DNA of 64,000 nt, taken from the NCBI GenBank assembly GCA_027064425.1, contig JAMOPO010000015.1, positions 160,001-224,000 on the forward strand. The letters are read 5' to 3'. Of the stretch, positions 42,332 to 50,704 are shown piece by piece. Position 1 is the first letter of the stretch. Each line of letters begins with the position of its first letter. The translations under genes and the position numbers were made by a program. The DNA is from Methanobacteriota archaeon (GTDB lineage Archaea > JAADCQ01 > Methanopyri > Methanopyrales > Methanopyraceae). The notes beneath the pieces were generated by a model, which was not told the origin of the DNA, ran no database searches, and saw only the letters and a list, made by a program, of their open reading frames with translations.

Positions 42332-43650
42332 AGGAGCGTCACCCACGGTCCGGTCACCCCCGCCAGGTACAGGGTTCCCAGGAGCCCCCTCCGCATGATT
42401 CTCTTCTCGTGCGACCGCACCGCCGCGGCGGCCACGGCCACGTTGTACGGGCAGGAGGCCGCCCCGCATACGGCCCCCGCGAGCGTGACCTCGGGGTGAG
42501 GGGTGCCCGAGGAGAACGTGGCCATAACCGCCGTCGTGCTGCCCATCACCATCTCGCCCACGAGTCCCACCGCAAAGGCCACCAGCGGCATCGAGGCGTA
42601 CCGGCGCAGGAGCTCAGGGAGCGGGGAGGCGGCGATCAGCGCGCCGAAGACCAGGCAGAGGACGACGGCGACCAGCTCCCGCCAGGAGCGCGACAGCACC
42701 GTCCTCACGTGGCCCGGTACCCGGGACCACTCCGGGGCCGCGTAGGCCAGCACGGCCGCCCACAGCACCATCCAGGGGCGCACGTGGCTCAGGTGCAGCG
42801 ACTTGACGGCCCCCAAGGTCAGGACCGCGGCGCCGTACACGAGCACGGCCCGCGCGGCCCTGGGATGCAGCTCCAAGGACAGCCCATCCTCCAGCAGCTT
42901 CAGGTACCATAGGAACCCAGCCACCGCCCCGAAGGTCAGGAGGGGGCCCGTCAGGACCGGCGCCCGCAGGGCGTACCCCACCGCGGCCGCGGCGAGAGTC
43001 ATCACGCCCACCGTGACCGGGAGGAGCCGTCCGGGACTGACGTCGACGGAGTGAGCCACGATCACCGGTAGGAGGGCCAGGGCGGGCAGCTCGCACAGCA
43101 GGACGCCGGAGGCCAGGTCGGCGGGGTCCCGACCGGTAATCTCCGACGCGACGAGCACCGGAACGCCGAAGGCCGCGAAGGCCCCGAACGGGGCGTGCCC
43201 CACCAGGGCCGACGCGGCCGCGCGCGGCTTGCTGACGCCCGCCTCGGTCAGCAGCGGTCCTACCAGCGTCGTGGGCGTGCCGAAGCTGGCGACGCTCTCC
43301 AGCGCTCCGGACCCGACGAGGGACGCACCCAGCAGGTACCGATCGCGGTGCTTCGAGTCCGGCTCCAGGGCGGCGAGCAACGACCTGAGGGCATCGTCCC
43401 GCCGCATCATCTCGACCAGGGTCAGGCTCGCCAGCACGACGAGGGCGATCTCCACGCCCCTGGCCGCAGCCTCGCCCACCTGCAACCAAGGTATCTGAGC
43501 CGTGCAGTGCGTGAATAGTGAGGCTAAAACCGTTAGGGCGATGTGAAGGGCCACGGCGAGCGCCACGGCCCTGAGGAGCTCCCACCCGGCCAGAGCGGTG
43601 ACCAGGAGGGTCAGCATCGATGCTAGCGCGACCGCCAGCGCGGGCTGCAA
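42310..43650 (-). CDS. L-lactate permease (LctP)-like membrane protein
   Basis: LESVASFGTP, FAAFGVPV, MVMGSTT motifs; many TMs. Confidence 0.65.
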   Translation of the reverse strand: MQPALAVALASMLTLLVTALAGWELLRAVALAVALHIALTVLASLFTHCTAQIPWLQVGEAAARGVEIALVVLASLTLVEMMRRDDALRSLLAALEPDSKHRDRYLLGASLVGSGALESVASFGTPTTLVGPLLTEAGVSKPRAAASALVGHAPFGAFAAFGVPVLVASEITGRDPADLASGVLLCELPALALLPVIVAHSVDVSPGRLLPVTVGVMTLAAAAVGYALRAPVLTGPLLTFGAVAGFLWYLKLLEDGLSLELHPRAARAVLVYGAAVLTLGAVKSLHLSHVRPWMVLWAAVLAYAAPEWSRVPGHVRTVLSRSWRELVAVVLCLVFGALIAASPLPELLRRYASMPLVAFAVGLVGEMVMGSTTAVMATFSSGTPHPEVTLAGAVCGAASCPYNVAVAAAAVRSHEKRIMRRGLLGTLYLAGVTGPWVTLLWWIGAG

Positions 43651-44564
43651 CGGTGACCACCCTCGCGGCGTTGATGGTCGCCGTCAGCGGCTCCCACGCC
43701 CTATCGGTCTGCATAACCTCGGACACCATTAACGGGTACCGAAGCGACGTCGCCTTCCTGCGGGAGCTCGCCACGAGACTGCTCGAAAAGGCGCGCGAGC
43801 ACGGGATTCGCATCGACCGCCTGTACGTCAGCTACAGCGGTCGGGGTCAGGAGTACGTGTTCTACGTCCCGAGGCCCGGAGAAATGGTTCTGATCGGCAG
43901 GTACCCTCGCGTTGGCGAGGTTCCGCGCGGGTTCTGGGTCTGCCGGCGGTACGGCCTGAACGCGCTCATCTGGATCGCGGGCCGGGACGGCTCCTCTTAC
44001 TACGAGCTCAAGCGGCAGCTGCTGCGGGGCGACTCCCCCGTTCGGTACGTCGTGTACGTGAACGTCTCGCCGCGCTACCTGGTCGCCGATGATCCCAGCA
44101 AACCCGGGTTTCTAAGCGTGCTTGGGTACTGGGACGGTCCTTGCAAGATCTGGTACCCTTACTACTATCTCCGCCTCTTGGGCGTCGAGGTCGTGAACGT
44201 GAAGGACGTGTGCCCCTGGTACTCCCGGTTCGTGGAGCTGAACAGCACCGTGCCGCACCTGGTGGACGCCATCCTGAGAGCGCTGCGCCGAGCACTCCAG
44301 CACGGGGTGATTAGCTCTCGGCCCCCGTGGGTCGTCGACGCGGTCGAGACCATCCTGGGCGAGCTCGAGGGCCCGGAGCCGCCGGCGATCGATCCGAGCC
44401 AGCTCTCGGCCGCCGTCAGGCTGATCGAGGCGAGCGAGGGAGGGCCGGCGGGCCGCCGCGACTGCGCCCGGAGCGCTCCGGTAAACGTTATATATGGGCT
44501 CCTTCTGGCGGGGATGCTGGCGGGCCGCCCCGGCGGTGTAGCCCGGTCAAGGGCCCGCGGGTGA
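43620..44564 (+). CDS. Secreted lineage-specific hypothetical protein
   Basis: N-terminal hydrophobic signal and hydrophobic C-terminus; 3' end overlaps tRNA-Glu. Confidence 0.55.
   Translation: MLARPPARAATVTTLAALMVAVSGSHALSVCITSDTINGYRSDVAFLRELATRLLEKAREHGIRIDRLYVSYSGRGQEYVFYVPRPGEMVLIGRYPRVGEVPRGFWVCRRYGLNALIWIAGRDGSSYYELKRQLLRGDSPVRYVVYVNVSPRYLVADDPSKPGFLSVLGYWDGPCKIWYPYYYLRLLGVEVVNVKDVCPWYSRFVELNSTVPHLVDAILRALRRALQHGVISSRPPWVVDAVETILGELEGPEPPAIDPSQLSAAVRLIEASEGGPAGRRDCARSAPVNVIYGLLLAGMLAGRPGGVARSRARG
44488..44495 (+). promoter_or_regulatory. TATA box of tRNA-Glu
   Basis: TTATATAT preceded by GTAAAC, about 32 nt upstream of the mature tRNA 5' end. Confidence 0.65.
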
Positions 44565-44661
44565 CCGCGGGCCCGCCGATATCATGCGGGACTTTCGAGG
44601 CCCGCGTCCCGCGGGCCGAGGATATCCCGCGACCCGGGTTCAAATCCCGGCCGGGGCACCA
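44527..44661 (+). tRNA. tRNA-Glu(TTC), C8, with two BHB introns (D-loop 44550-44580; anticodon 37/38 44598-44623)
   Basis: Removing both introns gives a canonical cloverleaf; BHB helices CGGT/GCCG and CTTT/GAGG with 3-nt bulges. Confidence 0.93.
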
Positions 44662-44668
44662 AACCCGG

Positions 44669-44692
44669 AATCGTTACGAGTTCATTAACGAT
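44669..44692 (+). repeat. tRNA-trailer dyad element, copy 4 (AATCGTTACGAGTTCATTAACGAT)
   Basis: 7 nt after the tRNA-Glu CCA. Confidence 0.85.
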
Positions 44693-44710
44693 TGGCTCGG
44701 GGAGAACCCG

Positions 44711-45736
44711 TTGGACCGCGCCACCCTGTTGAAGGCGCTCCTGGGCGCCGGCCTCGGGGCGGCCGCGCTCTACGTCACCCTGGCTCACCTGGTGGACGCG
44801 CGCCGCGTCCTCCACGAGCTGGCCACCGCGGACCCGGGCTGGATGCTGGCGGCGGGAGCGTGTGAGATCCTCTGGTTCCTAGCTTGCGCGTGCGGGTGGA
44901 GGGCTACCTTCATCCCGCTCGGAGAAGCCCCCGCCCGCCGGTGGCTCCTCGCCCTGTACACCGTGAAGCTGATGGTGAACAACGTCCTCTCCGCGGGGAG
45001 AGTGCTCGGCGACGTGGCCCGGGTCTACTACGGGGCCCGGCTGGGGTGGCCCCTCCGGAGCACCGTTCCCACGGTCTTGGCGGACATCGTCCTCGGTAAC
45101 CTAGGCTACATTCTCGTCGTGCTCGCCGCCCTCGCGCTCTCGCTGTCGGTCGCGCGCGTCCCCCTCGAGCTGGCGGTGCTGAACGTCGCTGGGCTGGTCG
45201 CGGGCGCGGTCCTGTGGGCCGCGATGAGGTCCGAGAGGGCGTGCAGGGAGCTTTATGGGGTGGTGTGCGAGGCCGCGGAGGGGCTCCTGCGCCGGCTGGG
45301 TTACCCGTTGGAGAGCGCGGACGAGTTCGCGGACGCGACCGTCCGGATCTTCCGGTCCGACCGGGCCTGGACGGCCCTCGCCCACTACACCGTGGGTTGG
45401 GCGGCGCGGGTCCTGCGGCTCTGCTGCGTGACGTGGGCCATCTGGCCCTCCGCCCCGCCGCTCGTACCGGTGCTGATGTCGGTCGCTGTCCGCGGGTCGG
45501 CGGTGCTGTCCGTCTCCCCCGCCGGGATCGGGATCATCGAGGGGATCACGGCCGGGGCGATGGCGGTGCTGGGAGTTGACCCGTCTCGGGTGGTCGCCGC
45601 CCTGCTGCTGGACCGCGTGTACGCGACCCTGATTCCGGTGCTGCTCGGCGCGGTGAGCGTCCTCGTGCTGGAGCAGCGCGCCCTTCGGGGGGCGGGTGAG
45701 CGTGGACGTTCACGGGGAGGTGGTGGGGTTCGGTGA
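44711..45736 (+). CDS. UPF0104/lysylphosphatidylglycerol-synthase-TM flippase-like membrane protein
   Basis: VNNVLSAG..GDVAR, SPAGIGIIEG, LLDR motifs; TTG start. Confidence 0.8.
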   Translation: MDRATLLKALLGAGLGAAALYVTLAHLVDARRVLHELATADPGWMLAAGACEILWFLACACGWRATFIPLGEAPARRWLLALYTVKLMVNNVLSAGRVLGDVARVYYGARLGWPLRSTVPTVLADIVLGNLGYILVVLAALALSLSVARVPLELAVLNVAGLVAGAVLWAAMRSERACRELYGVVCEAAEGLLRRLGYPLESADEFADATVRIFRSDRAWTALAHYTVGWAARVLRLCCVTWAIWPSAPPLVPVLMSVAVRGSAVLSVSPAGIGIIEGITAGAMAVLGVDPSRVVAALLLDRVYATLIPVLLGAVSVLVLEQRALRGAGERGRSRGGGGVR

Positions 45737-46412
45737 CGTGGCCGCTCTGGCCGACGTGCACATCGGGGTGGAGATCGAGCTGCGGCGCCGCGGGATCCGG
45801 GTCGTTAACAAGACGGAGGACCGGGTCGAGAAGCTGCTGGACCGGCTGGAGACGCTGGACCCCGAGGTGCTCGTGATCGTGGGTGACCTGAAGCACAACG
45901 TGCCCAGGGCCAGCGACCTGGAGTTCAGCGGCGTGCCCAGGTTCGTGGAGGCGGCGCTGGAGGTCGTGGACGAGGTCGTGGTGGTGAAGGGGAACCACGA
46001 TGGTCGCGTGGAGGACCTGCTGAGCGGGCTCGACGGCGTTCGCGTGGTCGGGACGCGGGGAGCGCTGGTCGACGGGATTTACTTCTCTCACGGGCACGCG
46101 GAGCCGGATCCCGACCTGCTAAGGGAGGCGAGGGCGGTCGTGTTCGGGCACGAACACCCGGTCTCGGAGGCCGTCCCCGGGACCACGGTGAAGGTGTTCT
46201 TGGAGCTTGAGCTCGACCTCGAGCGGCTCACTCGGGGTGAGCTGGAGGGCCGGCTGCCCGGGCTGGTGCTGCCAGCGTTCGACGACGTGGTGGGCGGGAC
46301 GGAGGTTGGGGAAGGTGCGGACGACGACCGGCTCCTGCTGGCGCACCGCCGGGGCGCGGTGGTAGAGGAGTCCGTCCTGCCCGTTCCGGACCCGGAGCTG
46401 GAGCCGATTTGA
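45696..46412 (+). CDS. Calcineurin-like metallophosphoesterase
   Basis: ADVHIG, GDLKH, KGNHD, SHGH, GHEHP. Confidence 0.88.
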   Translation: MSVDVHGEVVGFGDVAALADVHIGVEIELRRRGIRVVNKTEDRVEKLLDRLETLDPEVLVIVGDLKHNVPRASDLEFSGVPRFVEAALEVVDEVVVVKGNHDGRVEDLLSGLDGVRVVGTRGALVDGIYFSHGHAEPDPDLLREARAVVFGHEHPVSEAVPGTTVKVFLELELDLERLTRGELEGRLPGLVLPAFDDVVGGTEVGEGADDDRLLLAHRRGAVVEESVLPVPDPELEPI

Positions 46413-46417
46413 GGGGC

Positions 46418-46476
46418 TCGCCCCCGGAAGTTTTCCTCATCGTGAGGTCTCGGGAGAGGGCGCGGCCGGTCATCGC
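46418..46476 (-). ncRNA. C/D box sRNA candidate
   Basis: GCGATGA-guide-CCGA..ACGATGA-guide-GCGA, intergenic. Confidence 0.45.
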
Positions 46477-46538
46477 CCCGGGGCTCGTTCCCAAGGGCTT
46501 TTTAACAGCTCCTCGGGCCGGGGCCTGGGGGTGGCGGG

Positions 46539-47603
46539 ATGCCGAAGGTCCGCGTGGGCGTGCTGGGAGCGACTGGGATCGTGGGTCAGCGGTTCGTGAG
46601 CCTGCTCGTGGATCACCCCTGGTTCGAGCTGGAGGCGCTGACCGCCTCGCCGCGGTCCGCGGGCAAGCCCTACGCGGAAGCCTCGAAGTGGTACCTGAAC
46701 GAGCCGCTGCCGGAGGACGTCGCCGAGATGACCGTGCTGGAGACGGATCCGAAGGAGGTCGAGCGTGAGGCGGACGTGGACCTGGTCTTCTCCGCCCTGC
46801 CGTCGGACGTGGCCAAGGAGGTGGAACCCAAGTTCGCCGAGGCCGGCTTCGCCGTGGCGAGCAACGCGAGCGCGTACCGGATGGAAGAGGACGTCCCGCT
46901 CGTAATCCCGGAGGTGAACCCGGACCACCTGGAGCTGATCGACGTGCAGCGGGACGAGCGGGGCTGGGACGGATTCATCGTGACGAACCCGAACTGCTCC
47001 ACGATCCAAATGGTGCTCACGCTCAAGCCGCTCATGGACGAGTTCGGGGTCGAGGAGGTCATCGTCTCGACCATGCAGGCCGTCTCCGGCGCGGGGTACG
47101 CGGGCGTCCCATCGATGGCCATCCTGGATAACATCATCCCGTACATCGAGGGTGAGGAGGAGAAGATGGAGACCGAGACGCTGAAGATCCTGGGCGAGCT
47201 CGACGGCGATCGCGTGAAGCCGGCGGACATTACCGTCTCGGCATCCTGCCACCGGGTGCCCGTGCTCGACGGGCACACGGAGGCCATCTTCGTGTCGACG
47301 ACCGAGGAGGCCGACCCGAAGGAGGCGGCCGAGGTGCTCGCCGAGTTCAGGGGCGTCCCGCAGGAGAGGGACCTGCCGACGGCGCCCGAGCAGCCCGTCA
47401 TCGTCCGCGAGGAGGAGGACCGGCCGCAGCCACGGTTCGACCGGGAGGCGGACGGCGGCATGGCGGTGGTCGTGGGTCGAATCCGGCGGGACCCGGTCCT
47501 GGGCGGGCTGAAGTACGTCTGCGTGGGTCACAACGCGGTGCGCGGCGCGGCCGGCGCGTCCGTGCTCAACGCCGAGCTGCTGGTCAGCGAAGGCTACCTC
47601 TGA
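46539..47603 (+). CDS. asd: Aspartate-semialdehyde dehydrogenase
   Basis: [33 protein letters not shown]. Confidence 0.97.
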   Translation: MPKVRVGVLGATGIVGQRFVSLLVDHPWFELEALTASPRSAGKPYAEASKWYLNEPLPEDVAEMTVLETDPKEVEREADVDLVFSALPSDVAKEVEPKFAEAGFAVASNASAYRMEEDVPLVIPEVNPDHLELIDVQRDERGWDGFIVTNPNCSTIQMVLTLKPLMDEFGVEEVIVSTMQAVSGAGYAGVPSMAILDNIIPYIEGEEEKMETETLKILGELDGDRVKPADITVSASCHRVPVLDGHTEAIFVSTTEEADPKEAAEVLAEFRGVPQERDLPTAPEQPVIVREEEDRPQPRFDREADGGMAVVVGRIRRDPVLGGLKYVCVGHNAVRGAAGASVLNAELLVSEGYL

Positions 47604-48064
47604 GCCAGCCGCTCCGCCAGGTCCACGGCCTCCTTCGGCGACTCCGCCCCCTCGATCTCACCGCGCTCCGCCAGCTCCCTTGCCCAGCCTCCCGAGGGCT
47701 TCAGCCCGATCACGGGCCTGCCCATCTTCCGCGCCAGTGAGATCTCGGAGAGCGTTCCCCAGCCGCCCGCGACCGCGATCACGGCCTCGCCCGCTCGGAC
47801 GACGAGCGCGTTTCGAGCCTCTCCCAGCCCGGTCGGCAGCTTGACGTCCACGTACGGGTTCGCCTCCTCATGATCCTCGCCCGGGAGCACGCCCACGGTG
47901 ATGCCACCTTCCTCCTTCGCGCCCCTGCACGCCGCCTCCATCACCCCACCCCGACCGCCACACACCAGCACGTGACCGCGCCGGGCGATCTCCCGCCCAA
48001 GGTCCTCCGCCAGCTCGAGCACATCACGAGGCGCGCTGGCACTCCCGATCACGGCGATCTGCAC
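47594..48064 (-). CDS. TIGR00725 / LOG-family Rossmann-fold protein
   Basis: [30 protein letters not shown]. Confidence 0.88.
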   Translation of the reverse strand: MQIAVIGSASAPRDVLELAEDLGREIARRGHVLVCGGRGGVMEAACRGAKEEGGITVGVLPGEDHEEANPYVDVKLPTGLGEARNALVVRAGEAVIAVAGGWGTLSEISLARKMGRPVIGLKPSGGWARELAERGEIEGAESPKEAVDLAERLAQR

Positions 48065-48078
48065 GGGACAGCCCCCTC

Positions 48079-48135
48079 TCAGCTGGCGTAACGGTCCCCA
48101 TCGCCCCCCGGCTAAGCCAACCGGGTGTTCATCAT
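48079..48135 (-). ncRNA. C/D box sRNA candidate
   Basis: C ATGATGA ... D CTGA, about 57 nt. Confidence 0.55.
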
Positions 48136-48161
48136 CGGGCTGAGGGTGAGCGTGAGAGGGG

Positions 48162-48218
48162 TCGGTCCCGGGACTCCCGATCATCCCGGTTCCGGTCAGC
48201 TATCATCCGGTTCCTCAC
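48162..48218 (-). ncRNA. C/D box sRNA candidate
   Basis: GTGAGGA-12 nt-CTGA..GGATGA-guide-CCGA. Confidence 0.6.
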
Positions 48219-48239
48219 TCCCCCTGCACGGCCGACACT

Positions 48240-48265
48240 GTCCCAATTAATCGTCCCAATTAATC
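48240..48265. repeat. Perfect 13-bp tandem repeat GTCCCAATTAATC x2
   Basis: Directly visible in the sequence. Confidence 0.9.
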
Positions 48266-48280
48266 AACGCTCGGGACCGC

Positions 48281-48334
48281 TCGGTCGGGGCGCAGCTCCC
48301 CATCGACGTCGGTCCAAGCCGATGTCCTCATCGC
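48281..48334 (-). ncRNA. C/D box sRNA candidate
   Basis: GCGATGA-guide-CCGA..CGATGG-guide-CCGA. Confidence 0.5.
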
Positions 48335-48347
48335 GGGGGCGGCGGGC

Positions 48348-49121
48348 GTGAGCGTGCTCAACGAGATCCTCTCCACCGTGAGGAAGCGCGTGGACGAGCT
48401 CAAGAACCGCGAGTTCAAGCCCAGGGCCGGAGGTAGGTCCCTCCGGCGGGCGGTCGAGGGCGACGGTGTCGCCGTGATCGCCGAGATTAAACCCTCCTCA
48501 CCCTCCCAGGGTCGCCTCAGGCACGAGGACGAGGAGGGGCTCCGGGAGCGCGCCCGCGCCTACGAGCGGGGCGGGGCCGCGGGCATCTCGGTGCTGACGG
48601 AGCCCGAGTACTTCGACGGCAGGCCCGAGTACATCCCGCTCGTCCGAGAGGCGGTCGACCTGCCGATCCTCAGGAAGGACTTCATCATAGATCCCGTGCA
48701 GGTGGAGGAGAGCGCGCACTACGAGGCGGACGCGATCCTGCTGATCGCGGAGGCGGTGGGCGACCGCGCCCCCGAGCTCATCGACCTGGCCCACGAGCAC
48801 GGTCTCGAGGTCCTCCTGGAGCTGGACCGCCGGGAGCACCTAAGGCTGCTGGACGACGCGCGGCCCGACCTGGTCGGCGTGAACAACCGGGACCTGCGCA
48901 CCCTGGAGGTGGACCTGAACCGCACGCTAGAGCTCGGCCCGGAGGTCAGGGGGAGGGTCGACGCCCCCCTGGTCGCGGAGTCCGGCGTCTCCGGGCCCGA
49001 GGACGTGGCCCGACTGGCCGAGGTCGCGGACGCGGTCCTGGTCGGCACGTACCTGATGAGGGCCGAAGATCCAGAGTCCGCGGTGCGAGGCCTCGTCGAG
49101 GCCGGGAGGAGCGCGAGATGA
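48348..49121 (+). CDS. trpC: Indole-3-glycerol phosphate synthase
   Basis: IAEIKPSSPSQG, ISVLTE, LRKDFI, GVNNRDL, AESG. Confidence 0.96.
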   Translation: MSVLNEILSTVRKRVDELKNREFKPRAGGRSLRRAVEGDGVAVIAEIKPSSPSQGRLRHEDEEGLRERARAYERGGAAGISVLTEPEYFDGRPEYIPLVREAVDLPILRKDFIIDPVQVEESAHYEADAILLIAEAVGDRAPELIDLAHEHGLEVLLELDRREHLRLLDDARPDLVGVNNRDLRTLEVDLNRTLELGPEVRGRVDAPLVAESGVSGPEDVARLAEVADAVLVGTYLMRAEDPESAVRGLVEAGRSAR

Positions 49122-49942
49122 TGTCGCCGGAGAAGCTGGCGTGGGCGACGCTGCTGGGGGTGTCCCGGGGGCTCTACGTGTTCGCGGGCGCGTTCGTGGC
49201 CTCCGTGGTTTACCGGTACGTGGCGGAGGAGCGGATCACGATGACGACCGCCCTCTTCATCGGCCTGTTGACCGCGGGCTTCGCATCGGGTCCCCAGAAG
49301 CTGGCCGCGCTGGCCTTTACACAGATCAACGTCGAGGTCCTGGCCTGGACGCTCGCCGCCCTGTTCTCGATCCCCGGGCGCACCTACGGGGACGCGCTGG
49401 GACGGAGGCTGCTCGAGGCGCGCATCACCAGCGTGAAGCCGACGACCAAGACGTACCGGCTTCCTTCCGACCCGGACAACATCGAGGATGTCCCGGGCGA
49501 GCCGCCCGCGCCCCGAGAGGTCAAGGAGCGGATCGCGGGCCGGGAGTACGAGTTCCCGCGCGGGACGCCCGAAGACGACGTGGAGCGGGTGATCAAACGG
49601 GACCTCGAGCGGGAGGGTGGGATCGGCCGTGCGATCGTGGAGGTGGGTGAGGACGAGGAGGTCCGCGTTAAAGTCGCCGGCTCCAAACCACCCGTGTCGC
49701 ACACGCTGCCGCCCGACAAGGTGGCCGTTTCGGTGAACCCGAAGGGCGGGTCAACCCACGTGGGCGAGGGCGACACGGTGATCGTCTACGCGGACGGGCG
49801 CAAAATCTGCGAGGCGGAGGTCTGGAAGCGGTCCTCGGACGGCGTCGTTCTCGTGGTGGATTCCGATCACGCGGACGAGCTAATGAGGTTGGTCACCAAG
49901 GGAAAGGACGTGTCCCTGGTGGTCAAGCCGGCCAGGGAGTGA
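49118..49942 (+). CDS. Membrane protein of unknown function
   Basis: Three N-terminal TMs plus a soluble domain; coupled to trpC. Confidence 0.65.
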   Translation: MMSPEKLAWATLLGVSRGLYVFAGAFVASVVYRYVAEERITMTTALFIGLLTAGFASGPQKLAALAFTQINVEVLAWTLAALFSIPGRTYGDALGRRLLEARITSVKPTTKTYRLPSDPDNIEDVPGEPPAPREVKERIAGREYEFPRGTPEDDVERVIKRDLEREGGIGRAIVEVGEDEEVRVKVAGSKPPVSHTLPPDKVAVSVNPKGGSTHVGEGDTVIVYADGRKICEAEVWKRSSDGVVLVVDSDHADELMRLVTKGKDVSLVVKPARE

Positions 49943-50025
49943 GGTGTGCCCCGCGGCTAGCCAGGCCGGTCATTCATCGCCTTCCGGTCGTCATTCGTCC
50001 CGGCCCCAGCCTGGGACCGCGGGGC
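49942..50025 (-). ncRNA. H/ACA guide sRNA candidate (possibly preceded by a C/D-like module)
   Basis: Stem GCCCCGCGG/CCGCGGGGC followed by ACA, with internal TGA...GATGA K-turn-like elements. Confidence 0.45.
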
Positions 50026-50128
50026 TCATCGGCAGGCCCCTACTCCCCATCATCGGGCTCGCGCCCTCCGGTTTTCGGGGCCCGCCTCTCGTGAGTCCCA
50101 GAGCCGTCACACGCTAAAAAAGGCTCGA

Positions 50129-50704
50129 TCAGAACGGCTCCAGCTCCGGGTAGTACCGCCGGAACCTCCGCAGGGCCTCCTTGGTCGGTCCGGGGAACCT
50201 GTTCCCCAGCTCGCGCACGAACTCCGACCGAGTCCTTCCCGGGATCAGCTCCAGGATCTCACGCGCCACCTCGACCGTCCTGGAGTCGCAGAACCTGGGC
50301 ACCTCCATCGTGAGCGTGAGCACGTCCTCTCCGAGCACCTGCTTGTGCCCCCGGGGGACCGACCCCAGCAACACTCCCCGCCCGAAATCCACGAGGCCCG
50401 GTACCCGCCCCCGGCTCTCCCGGGTGAGCCGATCGTAGGCTTCGGGCCGGTAGCAGTGCAGCTCCACGTACGCGTCGAACGGGCGCAACGACTCGACCAC
50501 CTCCAACCACCGCGCGCCCACCTCCGACTCGTAGAACCTCGGATCCACGGTGCTCACGTACGGCCCCCGGGACATGACCTTCCTGACCCGGAACTCCGGC
50601 GGGACCATCCGCCCGACCACCGGGTCGAGCCACCGGCCCTCGTCCCCATGCACCCCGTAAAGCAGCACCGGTCGGTGGATGGGGTGGTCACCGCGTGCGC
50701 CCAT
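50129..50704 (-). CDS. DUF2119-like methanogen protein
   Basis: GVHGDEG, YVSTVD, YVELHCY, LLGSV, LTMEVP. Confidence 0.75.
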   Translation of the reverse strand: MGARGDHPIHRPVLLYGVHGDEGRWLDPVVGRMVPPEFRVRKVMSRGPYVSTVDPRFYESEVGARWLEVVESLRPFDAYVELHCYRPEAYDRLTRESRGRVPGLVDFGRGVLLGSVPRGHKQVLGEDVLTLTMEVPRFCDSRTVEVAREILELIPGRTRSEFVRELGNRFPGPTKEALRRFRRYYPELEPF

